From NCBI GenBank assembly GCA_965214625.1, contig OZ243962.1:2413278-2477277 (forward strand): a stretch of DNA of 64,000 bases, written 5' to 3'. The notes under the pieces are model-generated. The model saw only the letters and a list, made by a program, of their open reading frames with translations, searched no databases and was not told the DNA's origin. The position numbers and the translations under genes were made by a program. This document shows positions 55,057 to 64,000 of the stretch, piece after piece (position 1 is the stretch's first letter; each line of letters opens with the position of its first letter). Origin of the DNA: Candidatus Poriferihabitaceae bacterium. GTDB taxonomy: Bacteria > Pseudomonadota > Gammaproteobacteria > Arenicellales > Poriferihabitantaceae.

Positions 55057-56247
55057 TCAGGTCTCGTGCCGTTCGACATGCAACAAGTAGAGCGCGGCGA
55101 CAAGTCCCAGAGTGGATGACAGCAGCATCATGCCCAGCAGTCCGTAGGCGGCATTGCCTTTCGAAAGGATTGCTCCGGTGACGGCCGACATAACGGCCCC
55201 ACCTGCTACCAGAAGGGCTCCGGAAAGTCCCGAGGCGCTGCCCGCGAGGTTCGGCCTGACCAACATGACCCCGGAACTGCTGCTCGGCATGGTGATTCCG
55301 TTGCCGATACCCACGAAAACGCAGGCGCCGAACAAGGTGGGTGCATTCAGGGAACCCGTTGACACGATCACGAGTCCTGCCAGCAGTCCGGAACAGGCGA
55401 CAACCCGCCCCGCAATCATCATGGTTGTCAGCGCATATCGGGCCGCATAGCGGCCGGCAAGGAAACTCCCGAAGACAAATCCTGCCGTAATGCTGCCCAT
55501 GTAAACGCCGAGCCTTGAAGGGGGCATGTCGAACAATACCGACGCCACCAGCGGTGCTCCGCCCAAGAAGGCATAGAATGCCCCGGTGGAAAAGGCCATG
55601 CAAAGCGCATACCCCCAGAAACGACGAGAGCGAAGCAGGTCAGGATAGGCTCGGAACTGCTCATGAAGTGTTTTTGAAGGATGAATATTGGTCTCGTGCA
55701 GGTCAGCCAGGCATAGTCCGAAAATCGCGGCACCGAAGGTTAGGAAAACCCAGAAACTGGCGCGCCAGCCGAAGAGTTCGTCCATCGTCCCGCCGACTAC
55801 CGGCGCTAACATGGGTGCAATGGCCCACGATACGGCGATATAACCCATGAGACTGGCGGCCTTGCGCTTCTCGGACGTATCACAGATGACGGCGTATGAT
55901 ACGGTATGGGCGGAAATGATGGCTGCCTGCATCATCCGGAAGAACAGAAAGCAGGTAATCTCTGTGGACATCGCGCAACCGAGTGATGCCAAGGAAAAAA
56001 TCAACAGTCCCGCCAGGATAACCGGACGCCGTCCAAAGCGGTCGGACAGGGGGCCCATGACGAGTTGTAGGATTGCCGTCATGGCCGCGTATCCTGCAAT
56101 CGAAAGGTTCACGAGCGCATAGCTGGTCCCGAATTCCGACGCGATGCCGGGAAGGGAGGGGAGGAACATGTTCAGCGAGGCGACCGAAAGCCCGTTCAAC
56201 AGGATGAGCGTGACGAGTTTGGGTTGGATGATGGCTGTCTGCTGCAT
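55057..56247 (-). CDS. MFS transporter (Bcr/CflA-like drug efflux type)
   Basis: 396-aa ORF with 12 TM segments. ..LPSLPGIASEFGTSYALVNLSIAGYAAMTAILQLVMGPLSDRFGRRPV.. contains the MFS motif A. Confidence 0.85.
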   Translation of the reverse strand: MQQTAIIQPKLVTLILLNGLSVASLNMFLPSLPGIASEFGTSYALVNLSIAGYAAMTAILQLVMGPLSDRFGRRPVILAGLLIFSLASLGCAMSTEITCFLFFRMMQAAIISAHTVSYAVICDTSEKRKAASLMGYIAVSWAIAPMLAPVVGGTMDELFGWRASFWVFLTFGAAIFGLCLADLHETNIHPSKTLHEQFRAYPDLLRSRRFWGYALCMAFSTGAFYAFLGGAPLVASVLFDMPPSRLGVYMGSITAGFVFGSFLAGRYAARYALTTMMIAGRVVACSGLLAGLVIVSTGSLNAPTLFGACVFVGIGNGITMPSSSSGVMLVRPNLAGSASGLSGALLVAGGAVMSAVTGAILSKGNAAYGLLGMMLLSSTLGLVAALYLLHVERHET

Positions 56248-56626
56248 GGGCCTTGACTTCAGATGTCTTTGGGACGGTAAGTGGCTGACCCTGAATATGG
56301 CATAAAAAAGAGTGAAATATTTTTCATACTACGCAATACAGTCAGAGAGAATCACTGGTTATCTCGCTCGTGACGGACGGTGCTTCCGGGCTGATGGTAT
56401 TTCCAGATTACGCCGTCATTCCACAGGAAGATTCGAGACATGTTGTTTCCTCGTCCAGATACAATATGATTCCGGCTCGGGCAACAACGCTGTCCGTTAA
56501 AATGATACGATCACCGACTCAAATGCGGTTTATAGTATTATCGGTTTGCAATAAGCTTCCGCTATGCCGAGGAGCGACGATGATTGCTCATTGATTTTTC
56601 ACTCATAATGATTATCGACATGTAGT

Positions 56627-57673
56627 ATGGACATACCATCAGCGAATCGACGGCTGGCATCGGGCCAGAATCTGACACGGGAAAACATGCAATCGGTCAT
56701 GAGTCTGATCATGCATGGCGATGCAACACCGGCACAGATTGGTGCCTTCCTGACCGCATTGATGATCAAGGGAGAGACGGTCGATGAAATCGTGGGGGCG
56801 GCGACGATCATGCGAGCCTTGTCAGCCAAGGTGGAACCACAAGTGGACCAGACCGTTGACACGGTGGGTACTGGCGGTGATGGTGCCAAACTGTTTAATG
56901 TATCGACGGCCAGTGCATTGGTTGCTGCCGCCGCGGGAGCCAACATGGCAAAACACGGTAACAGGGCTGCCACCGGCAATTCAGGCAGTGCCGATGTGCT
57001 CGAAACAGCCGGTGTGAATATCAGTCTTTCGCCGCAGCAAGTCGGTCAATGTATTGAACGATGTGGCATTGGTTTCATGTTTGCGCCCAACCACCATGCG
57101 GCAATGCGGCATGCCATTGGTCCACGCAAGGAAATCGGGGTACGCACTATCTTCAATTTGCTCGGTCCGTTGACCAATCCGGCCGGATCACGGTTTCAGT
57201 TGGTGGGCGTGTTCGACCAGCGGTGGGTCAGACCGCTGTCCGAAGTGTTTGCCGAGTTGGGCAGTGTCCATACACTGGTCGCGTGTTCGGACGATGGACT
57301 GGATGAAATCTCAATTGTCGCACCCACCCGAATCGCTGAATTGAAGAACGGGCGAATCACCGAGTATCAGATCACACCTGAACGGATGGGCGTGAACCAT
57401 CGGTCGCTGGACCCAATTACCGTGACGGATGCGGCACACAGCCTGCGGTTGATCAAGGAGGCATTGAGCGGACAGCCAGGGCCGGCGGGTGATATGGTTG
57501 CGCTTAACGCGGGTGCGACGATCTACGCTGCCGATTTGGCGCCTTCCATTGAGGAGGGTGTGGAACAGGCGAGATCGGTACTCAAATCCGGTGCGGGTCT
57601 GGAAAAGCTTGAAAAACTGGTGCACGTCTCAAACAGTTTCAATGAAGGCGATGATCTGAACACTGACACGTGA
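56627..57673 (+). CDS. trpD: Anthranilate phosphoribosyltransferase
   Basis: 348-aa ORF. DTVGTGGDG, KHGNRA and NLLGPLTNPA motifs. Confidence 0.95.
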   Translation: MDIPSANRRLASGQNLTRENMQSVMSLIMHGDATPAQIGAFLTALMIKGETVDEIVGAATIMRALSAKVEPQVDQTVDTVGTGGDGAKLFNVSTASALVAAAAGANMAKHGNRAATGNSGSADVLETAGVNISLSPQQVGQCIERCGIGFMFAPNHHAAMRHAIGPRKEIGVRTIFNLLGPLTNPAGSRFQLVGVFDQRWVRPLSEVFAELGSVHTLVACSDDGLDEISIVAPTRIAELKNGRITEYQITPERMGVNHRSLDPITVTDAAHSLRLIKEALSGQPGPAGDMVALNAGATIYAADLAPSIEEGVEQARSVLKSGAGLEKLEKLVHVSNSFNEGDDLNTDT

Positions 57674-57684
57674 AGGGATCCGGC

Positions 57685-58596
57685 CTATGATGACAGTCCC
57701 CTTGTTGGCTGCTGACGGGCGCTTTTTGACTGGATGAAATAGATGCCGCACAACACCAGGACCAAGGCCAGTATCATTTTCATTTCGATCCTCTCTCCCA
57801 GAATCAGCACACCCCAGATGCTTCCCAATACGGGAATCACATAATTGATCTGGGCAAAAATGGTTGCCCCCAGCTGTTTGATCACCCGGAAATAAATGAG
57901 TGAGGCGACAACCGTCGCAAAAACAGCCAGTACAGAAACCGCGGCGAGGCTCTCCACAGAAGGGGACATGCTGAACGGCCGTTCGAAAACAAAGGCCAGC
58001 GGAAGGCTGGTCAGTGCCGCAAACAGCGTGACGCCTGCCGCCATTTCATACCCCCTGAATCCGGAGGACCTTTGCCTTCTGACATAGATCGTGGTGACAG
58101 AATAGCTCAAGGCGCCACCGAGGACGGCCAGTTGTCCGAACATGTGTTCCCCCAAACCCTGCAGGGCGGTCAGACCGACCAGAGTGATCAATCCCACAAA
58201 GCCCAGGCTGATACCGTATACTTTTCTGATCGACATCGGTTCTTCAGCGACAAAGAAGTGAGCGAGGAAAAACGTACTGATCGGCATGATGCCCATCAGT
58301 ACCGCCGCCATGGAACTGTCGACATAGACTTCCCCCAGGCTGATGAGAATGAAGGGCAGGGTATTGCCGATCATTCCGATCACGATATAGAGTATCCATG
58401 CCTGTCGATGCATCGGTATCCACCGTTTTTTGAGCAGCAGGAAGGCACAGAAAATCAACGCGGCCAGGGTCAGTCGCAAGGCGGTCAGCGTGAAAGGACC
58501 GATGGTGGTGACCGCAATCTTGATGAGCAAAAAGGAGGCACTCCAGATCAAGGCCAATAGAAGCAGCAACAGATAGTCGTGAAAATGATTTTTCAT
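57685..58596 (-). CDS. EamA/DMT-family transporter
   Basis: ORF 57685..58680 (GTG). Start placed at the ATG at 58596 (MKNHFHDYLLLLLLALIWSASFLLIK), which avoids the divergent overlap with the next gene. 10 TM segments. Confidence 0.72.
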   Translation of the reverse strand: MKNHFHDYLLLLLLALIWSASFLLIKIAVTTIGPFTLTALRLTLAALIFCAFLLLKKRWIPMHRQAWILYIVIGMIGNTLPFILISLGEVYVDSSMAAVLMGIMPISTFFLAHFFVAEEPMSIRKVYGISLGFVGLITLVGLTALQGLGEHMFGQLAVLGGALSYSVTTIYVRRQRSSGFRGYEMAAGVTLFAALTSLPLAFVFERPFSMSPSVESLAAVSVLAVFATVVASLIYFRVIKQLGATIFAQINYVIPVLGSIWGVLILGERIEMKMILALVLVLCGIYFIQSKSARQQPTRGLSS

Positions 58597-58658
58597 CTGA
58601 TTGGTGAACGGGAATTGATATACTACCCGGCTATTTCCATGGGAGCGATAACTGACTG

Positions 58659-59399
58659 ATGTTGAGTTTGGGAGAACCACCGCCTTTTGATGTGCATAAT
58701 GTCAATGGTCGTGCCCCGATTTTGATTACCTGTGATCACGCAGCAAACCGCATTCCGGCCAGCCTCTCGAACCTGGGTATGGAGGCTTCAATGCTGGAGC
58801 GACATATTGCCTATGATATCGGTGCAAGGCAAGTCGCCATGGCGCTTTCGAAGCGATTTGATGCGCCAATGCTGCTGTCAACCTATTCAAGATTGGTCAT
58901 TGATCTCAATCGTCATCTGGATGATCCCACCTTGATTGTGGACGTCAGCGACAGTACCACCATTTTCGGTAATCGCAATTTGAGCGCCACCCAAAAGCGT
59001 GAACGGATCAATACGATATTCCGGCCCTATCACGATATGCACGGTCGACTGGTTGATCAACTGGTTGCCCGCCATGCAACCCCGTTTATTTTGTCTGTCC
59101 ACAGTTTCACGCCGACCTTTAACGGATCGACTCGGCCGTGGCATTTCGGTGTGCTCTGGGACCGATGTGAAAGTCTGGCAAAAAAGCTGGTGAGGGGACT
59201 GCGGCAGGACAACACCCTTTGCGTGGGAGAAAACCAGCCCTATCATGCGACCGATCCGCTGGGCTATTCCATGGTCGTGCATGCCCAGAACCGGGGGATC
59301 GATATGGGTTTGATTGAGATTCGTCAGGATCTGATTGAGCATCCCGCGGGGCAGCAGGCGGCGGCGGAAACACTCGCGCGGACGATAGCGTCATTGTAG
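58659..59399 (+). CDS. N-formylglutamate amidohydrolase-family protein
   Basis: 246-aa ORF. ..APILITCDHAANRIP.., ..RLVIDLNR.. and ..ILSVHSFTP.. follow the FGase (PF05013-like) pattern. Confidence 0.7.
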   Translation: MLSLGEPPPFDVHNVNGRAPILITCDHAANRIPASLSNLGMEASMLERHIAYDIGARQVAMALSKRFDAPMLLSTYSRLVIDLNRHLDDPTLIVDVSDSTTIFGNRNLSATQKRERINTIFRPYHDMHGRLVDQLVARHATPFILSVHSFTPTFNGSTRPWHFGVLWDRCESLAKKLVRGLRQDNTLCVGENQPYHATDPLGYSMVVHAQNRGIDMGLIEIRQDLIEHPAGQQAAAETLARTIASL

Positions 59400-59598
59400 A
59401 CGGACATCGGGTCGCATGGGTTTTTACTGGCGTATGCCGGCGAAGCCGCTGTCATCAACGATTGGTTTTCCCAGAAAACCCATCCCCGTTGCAGCCAGTT
59501 TGCCGGATACGGGGGCGAGATAAAGGGAGAGGACTCCCCATTTCAGGAGCTGAATTCAGTTACAATCGGAAACGGGTTTTCATTATCGAGCAAAGAGA

Positions 59599-60660
59599 GT
59601 GTCCGGAAATAGCATTGGCCGTCTTTTCACACTGACCACGTTCGGGGAAAGTCATGGTTTGGCACTGGGTGCGGTGGTTGACGGTTGCCCCCCCGGCCTG
59701 GCCTTGACCGAATCAGATTTGCAGGTCGACCTGGACCGACGCAAACCGGGCCAATCGAAATATACCACGCAGCGAAGGGAATCGGATGCCGTTGAGATAT
59801 TGTCCGGTGTCTTTGAGGGTGTGACGACCGGAACCCCGATTGGACTATTGATCAGGAACCAGGATCAGCGGACGCGGGACTATGCCAAAATCAAGGATCG
59901 ATTCAGGCCCGGGCATGCCGATTATACCTATCATCACAAGTATGGTTTGCGTGACTATCGCGGTGGCGGGCGTTCGTCGGCCAGGGAAACTACCATGCGG
60001 GTGGCGGCCGGCGCGATAGCCAAGAAATATCTGCGCGAACAGTACGGCATCGTGATACGTGGCTGTGTTGACCAGATCGGGGCTGTCCGTATTCCGGTCA
60101 ACGACTGGTCACTGGTTGATCATAACCCCTTTTTTGTAACCGACAACGCGGTGATTCCGACACTCGAGAAGACGATCCAATTGACCCGCAAAGCGGGGGA
60201 CTCCATTGGTGCGGGTGTGTATGTTGAAGCCTTGAATCCGCCGACGGGATGGGGCGAACCGGTGTTTGACCGCCTTGATGCAGATATCGCAAAAGCAATG
60301 ATGAGCATCAATGCGGCCAAGGCCGTTGAGATCGGTGCGGGATTTTCAGCGATCACCCAGAAAGGTTCTCAACATCGGGACCCGATCGAGCCCCAAGGAT
60401 TTCGATCGAACAATGCAGGCGGTGTATTGGGCGGGATTTCGAGCGGGCAGACCATCACGGTTCGTATTGCATTTAAACCCACCTCAAGTATCCAGGTGCC
60501 AGGAGATACCGTCAACCTGGACAACGAACCGGTTGAAGTGGTGACAACCGGCCGACACGATCCGTGCGTAGGTATTCGGGCGGTGCCGATTGCAGAGGCC
60601 ATGCTGGCGTTGGTTTTGATGGATCATGCGCTGCGTGACCGGGCACAAATGGTTCGCTAG
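59599..60660 (+). CDS. aroC: Chorismate synthase
   Basis: 353-aa ORF with a GTG start. [30 protein letters not shown] and GRHDPCV motifs. Confidence 0.95.
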   Translation: MSGNSIGRLFTLTTFGESHGLALGAVVDGCPPGLALTESDLQVDLDRRKPGQSKYTTQRRESDAVEILSGVFEGVTTGTPIGLLIRNQDQRTRDYAKIKDRFRPGHADYTYHHKYGLRDYRGGGRSSARETTMRVAAGAIAKKYLREQYGIVIRGCVDQIGAVRIPVNDWSLVDHNPFFVTDNAVIPTLEKTIQLTRKAGDSIGAGVYVEALNPPTGWGEPVFDRLDADIAKAMMSINAAKAVEIGAGFSAITQKGSQHRDPIEPQGFRSNNAGGVLGGISSGQTITVRIAFKPTSSIQVPGDTVNLDNEPVEVVTTGRHDPCVGIRAVPIAEAMLALVLMDHALRDRAQMVR

Positions 60661-60769
60661 CGGGCAAGGACGAAATGATCGTTGTGAATGCAAGGATCCG
60701 TGGCAGCGACCGAGCCTTGTCCGGAATATGATATTATCGGGCGTTTTTCACCTCAGCGAATGATCTGGA

Positions 60770-62176
60770 ATGGATAAACAAAAAACCCTTTATGACAAGG
60801 TCTGGCAACAACATGTTGTCCATGAAACCGAAGATGGCACCTCGTTGATTTATATCGATCGTCACCTCGTCCATGAAGTGACTTCGCCACAGGCGTTTGA
60901 AGGGCTCCACCTGGCCAACCGCAAGCCATGGCGGGTGGAAAGCATGCTGGCCGTTCCGGATCATAATGTGCCGACGGCCACGGATGGGGGCGAAATCGAC
61001 GACCCGGTGTCGAGACTGCAGGTGACGACATTGGATCAGAATTGCCAACACTTCGGTATCACCGAGTTTGGCATGTCAGATCCGCGGCAGGGGATTGTCC
61101 ATATCATCGGCCCTGAGCAGGGGGCAACGCTGCCGGGCATGACGATCGTGTGCGGTGATTCCCATACCTCGACGCACGGTGCGTTCGGGGCACTCGCTTT
61201 CGGGATCGGCACGTCGGAAGTCGAACATGTGATGTCGACCCAGTGCCTGTTGCAGCGCAAATCCAAGAACATGCGTATCTGGCTTGAGGGCAATAAGCAT
61301 CCCGGGGTGACCGCAAAAGATCTGGTGCTGGCGGTGATCGGTCTTATCGGGACGGCGGGTGGAACTGGGTATGCGATCGAATTTGCCGGTCCGGTTATTG
61401 AGTCCCTGTCGATGGAAGGCCGAATGACGATCTGCAATATGACGATCGAGGCAGGGGCGAGAGCGGGCATGATCGCGGTGGATCAGACCACCATTGACTA
61501 TCTGGCAGGTCGACCTTATTGTCCGAAAGGCGATTTGTGGAATAAGGCAGTCACCGCCTGGCGTGATCTGAAAAGTGATGAAGGCGTTGTGTTCGATCGG
61601 GAGATCACGGTCGACGTCAGTACGATTCTGCCCCAGGTAACCTGGGGGACATCACCTGAAATGGTGGTCGATATTCATGGCTGCGTGCCCGATCCGGAGG
61701 CGGAATCGGATCCGATCCGGCAAGCGGGTATCAAGCAGGCACTGGATTACATGGGTCTTGAGGCCGGTGTGCCGATCAGCGAGATCAATCTTGACCTGGT
61801 GTTTATCGGTTCGTGTACCAACAGTCGTATTGAAGACCTGCGTGAGGCCGCTTCGGTGGTCAAGGGCAAACAGGTTGCAAAGTCGATCAAGCAGGCGTTG
61901 GTGGTGCCCGGATCGGGGCTTGTCAAGCGTCAGGCGGAAGCAGAGGGCTTGCACCACATCTTTATCGAGGCGGGATTTGAATGGCGCAATCCCGGATGCT
62001 CGATGTGTCTTGCAATGAACGCAGACCGGCTTGAGCCCGGTGAGCGGTGTGCCTCGACATCGAATCGCAATTTCGAGGGTCGACAGGGACAGGGGGGGCG
62101 AACCCATCTGGTCTCACCGGCCATGGCGGCAGCAGCGGCGATCACCGGTCATTTTACTGATGTGACGGAGGGTTAA
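60770..62176 (+). CDS. leuC: 3-isopropylmalate dehydratase large subunit
   Basis: 468-aa [22 protein letters not shown], and Fe-S ligand regions GDSHT, GSCTNSR and CSMCLAMN. Confidence 0.97.
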   Translation: MDKQKTLYDKVWQQHVVHETEDGTSLIYIDRHLVHEVTSPQAFEGLHLANRKPWRVESMLAVPDHNVPTATDGGEIDDPVSRLQVTTLDQNCQHFGITEFGMSDPRQGIVHIIGPEQGATLPGMTIVCGDSHTSTHGAFGALAFGIGTSEVEHVMSTQCLLQRKSKNMRIWLEGNKHPGVTAKDLVLAVIGLIGTAGGTGYAIEFAGPVIESLSMEGRMTICNMTIEAGARAGMIAVDQTTIDYLAGRPYCPKGDLWNKAVTAWRDLKSDEGVVFDREITVDVSTILPQVTWGTSPEMVVDIHGCVPDPEAESDPIRQAGIKQALDYMGLEAGVPISEINLDLVFIGSCTNSRIEDLREAASVVKGKQVAKSIKQALVVPGSGLVKRQAEAEGLHHIFIEAGFEWRNPGCSMCLAMNADRLEPGERCASTSNRNFEGRQGQGGRTHLVSPAMAAAAAITGHFTDVTEG

Positions 62177-62178
62177 GG

Positions 62179-62826
62179 ATGCAGGCATTTACAACGATGG
62201 AGGGCTTGGTGCTCCCGCTTGACAGGGCGAATGTGGATACCGATGCGATCATCCCCAAGCAATTTCTCAAATCGATCAAAAGGACCGGTTTTGGACCGAA
62301 TCTGTTTGATGAGTGGCGCTATCTGGATCACGGAGAGCCGGGGATGGACAACACGGACAGGCCGATCAACGCCGATTTCATATTGAATTACCCTCGATAC
62401 CAGGGTGCCGAGATTTTACTGGCGCAAAAGAATTTTGGCTGTGGCTCCTCCAGGGAGCATGCGCCCTGGGCCTTGCTGGATTATGGTTTTCGTTGCCTGC
62501 TGGCACCGAGTTTTGCCGATATATTTTATAACAATTGCTTTAAAAATGGCATATTACCGGTTGTTTTGGAAGAGAAGCTGATCAAAGAGTTGTTTGTTGT
62601 GGTCAAGGCGCAGATCGGCTATTCGATCAAGGTTGATTTGCCGAATCAAACGATTACGCTGCCAGATCAAAGAGCGATTTCCTTTGAGGTGGAACCATTT
62701 CGGAAACACTGTCTGGTCAATGGTCTTGACGATATCGGACTGACTTTGCAGCATTCGACGCTGATCAGACAGTACGAGGAGCGAAGGAGAGTCGAAGCGC
62801 CGTGGTTGTTTGGCCAGTCTCAGTAG
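62179..62826 (+). CDS. leuD: 3-isopropylmalate dehydratase small subunit
   Basis: 215-aa [17 protein letters not shown] and [15 protein letters not shown] motifs. 2 nt after leuC. Confidence 0.95.
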   Translation: MQAFTTMEGLVLPLDRANVDTDAIIPKQFLKSIKRTGFGPNLFDEWRYLDHGEPGMDNTDRPINADFILNYPRYQGAEILLAQKNFGCGSSREHAPWALLDYGFRCLLAPSFADIFYNNCFKNGILPVVLEEKLIKELFVVVKAQIGYSIKVDLPNQTITLPDQRAISFEVEPFRKHCLVNGLDDIGLTLQHSTLIRQYEERRRVEAPWLFGQSQ

Positions 62827-62867
62827 ATGAACCCGCCATTCCCGGTTTCCTGACAGGGTTGCAATCG

Positions 62868-62891
62868 GTTTGTCGGCTCCCCCGGACAAAC
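62868..62891. terminator. Hairpin between convergent leuD and the smr-like gene (7-bp stem GTTTGTC / GACAAAC, 10-nt loop)
   Basis: Inverted repeat 62868-62874 / 62885-62891. No U-tract on either strand. Confidence 0.3.
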
Positions 62892-62931
62892 GAAGGGTTG
62901 CGTGGTGAACCGTGGATAGCGCCACCTCGGG

Positions 62932-63498
62932 TCAATCCCTGTTTTCGGATATTTTCTTGAACAAGACATAGGCCGCACCACTGCCGCCGTCTTTGGGAAG
63001 TGCGGAGCAAAAAGCCCTTATCCGACCTTGTCGCTTGAGCCAGTCGACCGTTGCAGGTCTGATGACCCCTCTGGATTCAGCGGAGCGGGTTCCTTTGCCG
63101 TAGATGATCAAGACACAAAGACACCTGTTTTGCAGGCATTCGGACAGATAACGGTCAAGGGCCGGTTCCACTTCATGCAATCGCAGTCCATGCAAGTCCA
63201 GTCGTGATTCAATGGGATATTCACCACGTCTGAGGCGTCGGATGACCTTCTTTTGTAGTCCGGCCCTGACGAACAGCATGTCAGGTTGACTCGGGTCAGT
63301 GGCATCAACAAGGGGGGATTGGTATGCGCTGTCACCCGGACTTGGGACCGTCCTGGCGGGCAGTACACGTTTTGGCCCGAGAGGCGCGAGGGACTCAACA
63401 CGGTTTTGGCTATAGTTCCGATGATCACGGTTGGTCCCCTGAACCGATTGACGAAACAGCTTGATGTCCTCATCGGAAATGATGGGTTTTCTGGACAT
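62932..63498 (-). CDS. Smr domain-containing protein (SmrA/YdaL-like endonuclease)
   Basis: 188-aa ORF with a C-terminal Smr domain: LDLHGLRLHEVEPALDRYLSECL...LIIYGKGTRS. Confidence 0.8.
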   Translation of the reverse strand: MSRKPIISDEDIKLFRQSVQGTNRDHRNYSQNRVESLAPLGPKRVLPARTVPSPGDSAYQSPLVDATDPSQPDMLFVRAGLQKKVIRRLRRGEYPIESRLDLHGLRLHEVEPALDRYLSECLQNRCLCVLIIYGKGTRSAESRGVIRPATVDWLKRQGRIRAFCSALPKDGGSGAAYVLFKKISENRD

Positions 63499-63539
63499 TG
63501 CATTCGGTTCGTTGACGGCCGGTCTGCCGATTGCTGTGA

Positions 63540-64000
63540 TCAGTGGGTTTTCAGGTAACGATCGGCATCCAGGGCGGCCATGCAGCCGGTTCCCGCAGAG
63601 GTGACGGCCTGTCGATAGACATGATCCATGACATCTCCGGCAGCAAAAATGCCTTCGATACTGGTCTGGGTTGCATTACCGTTATACCCTCCTGCCGTGA
63701 TCAGGTAGTCACCGGCCATGTCGAGCTGGTTGACAAACAGATGCGTATTCGGAGTATGGCCGATGGCAATGAAGACCCCCATCAATGCAATGTCCCGGGT
63801 TTCGCGCGAGAGAACGTTCTTGACTGTCATCCCGGTGACCCCGCTTTCGTCACCCAGCACCTCCTCCAGAACATGGTTCCATTCGATCCGGATGTTGCCG
63901 CCGTTATCCTCGGTTTTCGCCATCAGGTGATCGACCAAAATCGCCTCGGCACGCAGTTCATCGCGTCGATGGACTAGGGTCACCGATGACGCGATATTCG
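63540..64000 (-). CDS. trxB: Thioredoxin-disulfide reductase, C-terminal part (5' end outside window)
   Basis: The ORF is open to the window edge. ..[12 protein letters not shown].., ..[33 protein letters not shown].. is typical of the TrxB C-terminus. Confidence 0.9.
   Translation of the reverse strand, partial: NIASSVTLVHRRDELRAEAILVDHLMAKTEDNGGNIRIEWNHVLEEVLGDESGVTGMTVKNVLSRETRDIALMGVFIAIGHTPNTHLFVNQLDMAGDYLITAGGYNGNATQTSIEGIFAAGDVMDHVYRQAVTSAGTGCMAALDADRYLKTH

Noticed and set aside
55016-55603. 195-codon ORF on the same strand as the MFS gene but out of frame
   Set aside because: It overlaps the 12-TM MFS frame completely. Its Arg/Gly-rich sequence has no membrane or domain features.
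56579-56593. GGAG-preceded mini-ORF ATG ATT GCT CAT TGA upstream of trpD, considered as a trp leader peptide
   Set aside because: It has only 4 codons and no Trp codons, and I could not trace any alternative terminator/antiterminator hairpins.
1-64000. Scan for CRISPR arrays, long tandem repeats, duplicated segments, intact IS elements, integrons, or retron/DGR-like architecture
   Set aside because: Reading both strands, I saw no regularly spaced direct repeats, reverse-transcriptase motifs, cas genes or terminal inverted repeats. A computational repeat search would be needed for certainty.

Overview
The window looks like ordinary core chromosome of a moderate-GC Gammaproteobacterium. All calls rest on motifs read by eye; no similarity search was possible. 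About 55 intact genes are almost all housekeeping:

- RNA and translation: rnd (partial), rpsU, rph, rdgB, tRNA-Leu(CAG), prfB with its programmed +1 frameshift, lysS, an ABC-F ATPase.
- Central and amino-acid metabolism: gpmI, glyA, trpD, aroC, leuCD, trxB (partial).
- Envelope: mltA, nlpD, a Lol permease plus lolD, tesA-ybbA-ybbP.
- Stress and repair: lon, surE-pcm, a split Ada/Ogt pair, an Smr protein.
- Transport: znuA, an Fe(3+)-type ABC system, a His-rich PF03773-like metal permease, three EamA/DMT genes, an MFS gene, and a TRAP binding protein.

I found no CRISPR array, intact mobile element, defence island, or convincing novel multi-gene system.

The observations most worth a second look:
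1. A divergent cluster at 13.9-20.5 kb (ureohydrolase and FAD oxidase on one strand; GS-like ligase, ALDH and Fe-ADH on the other). It resembles the Puu/Pau gamma-glutamylation route but lacks the hydrolase step.
2. A decay scar at 41-44 kb: intact dctP, a 12-codon stub where dctQ should start, an A/T-richer DMT gene, and a frameshifted transposase fragment.
3. A frameshifted RHH-antitoxin/PIN-toxin pair next to tRNA-Leu.
4. An orphan znuA with a near-consensus Zur box but no divergent znuCB.
5. An 18-bp perfect inverted repeat between the iron ABC operon and a TauD-like gene.
6. A winged-HTH gene fragment in the position after nlpD where rpoS usually sits.

Several unusually long gene-poor gaps are recorded without a functional claim: 5.3-5.9, 8.9-9.4, 11.3-12.0 and 13.3-13.9 kb.
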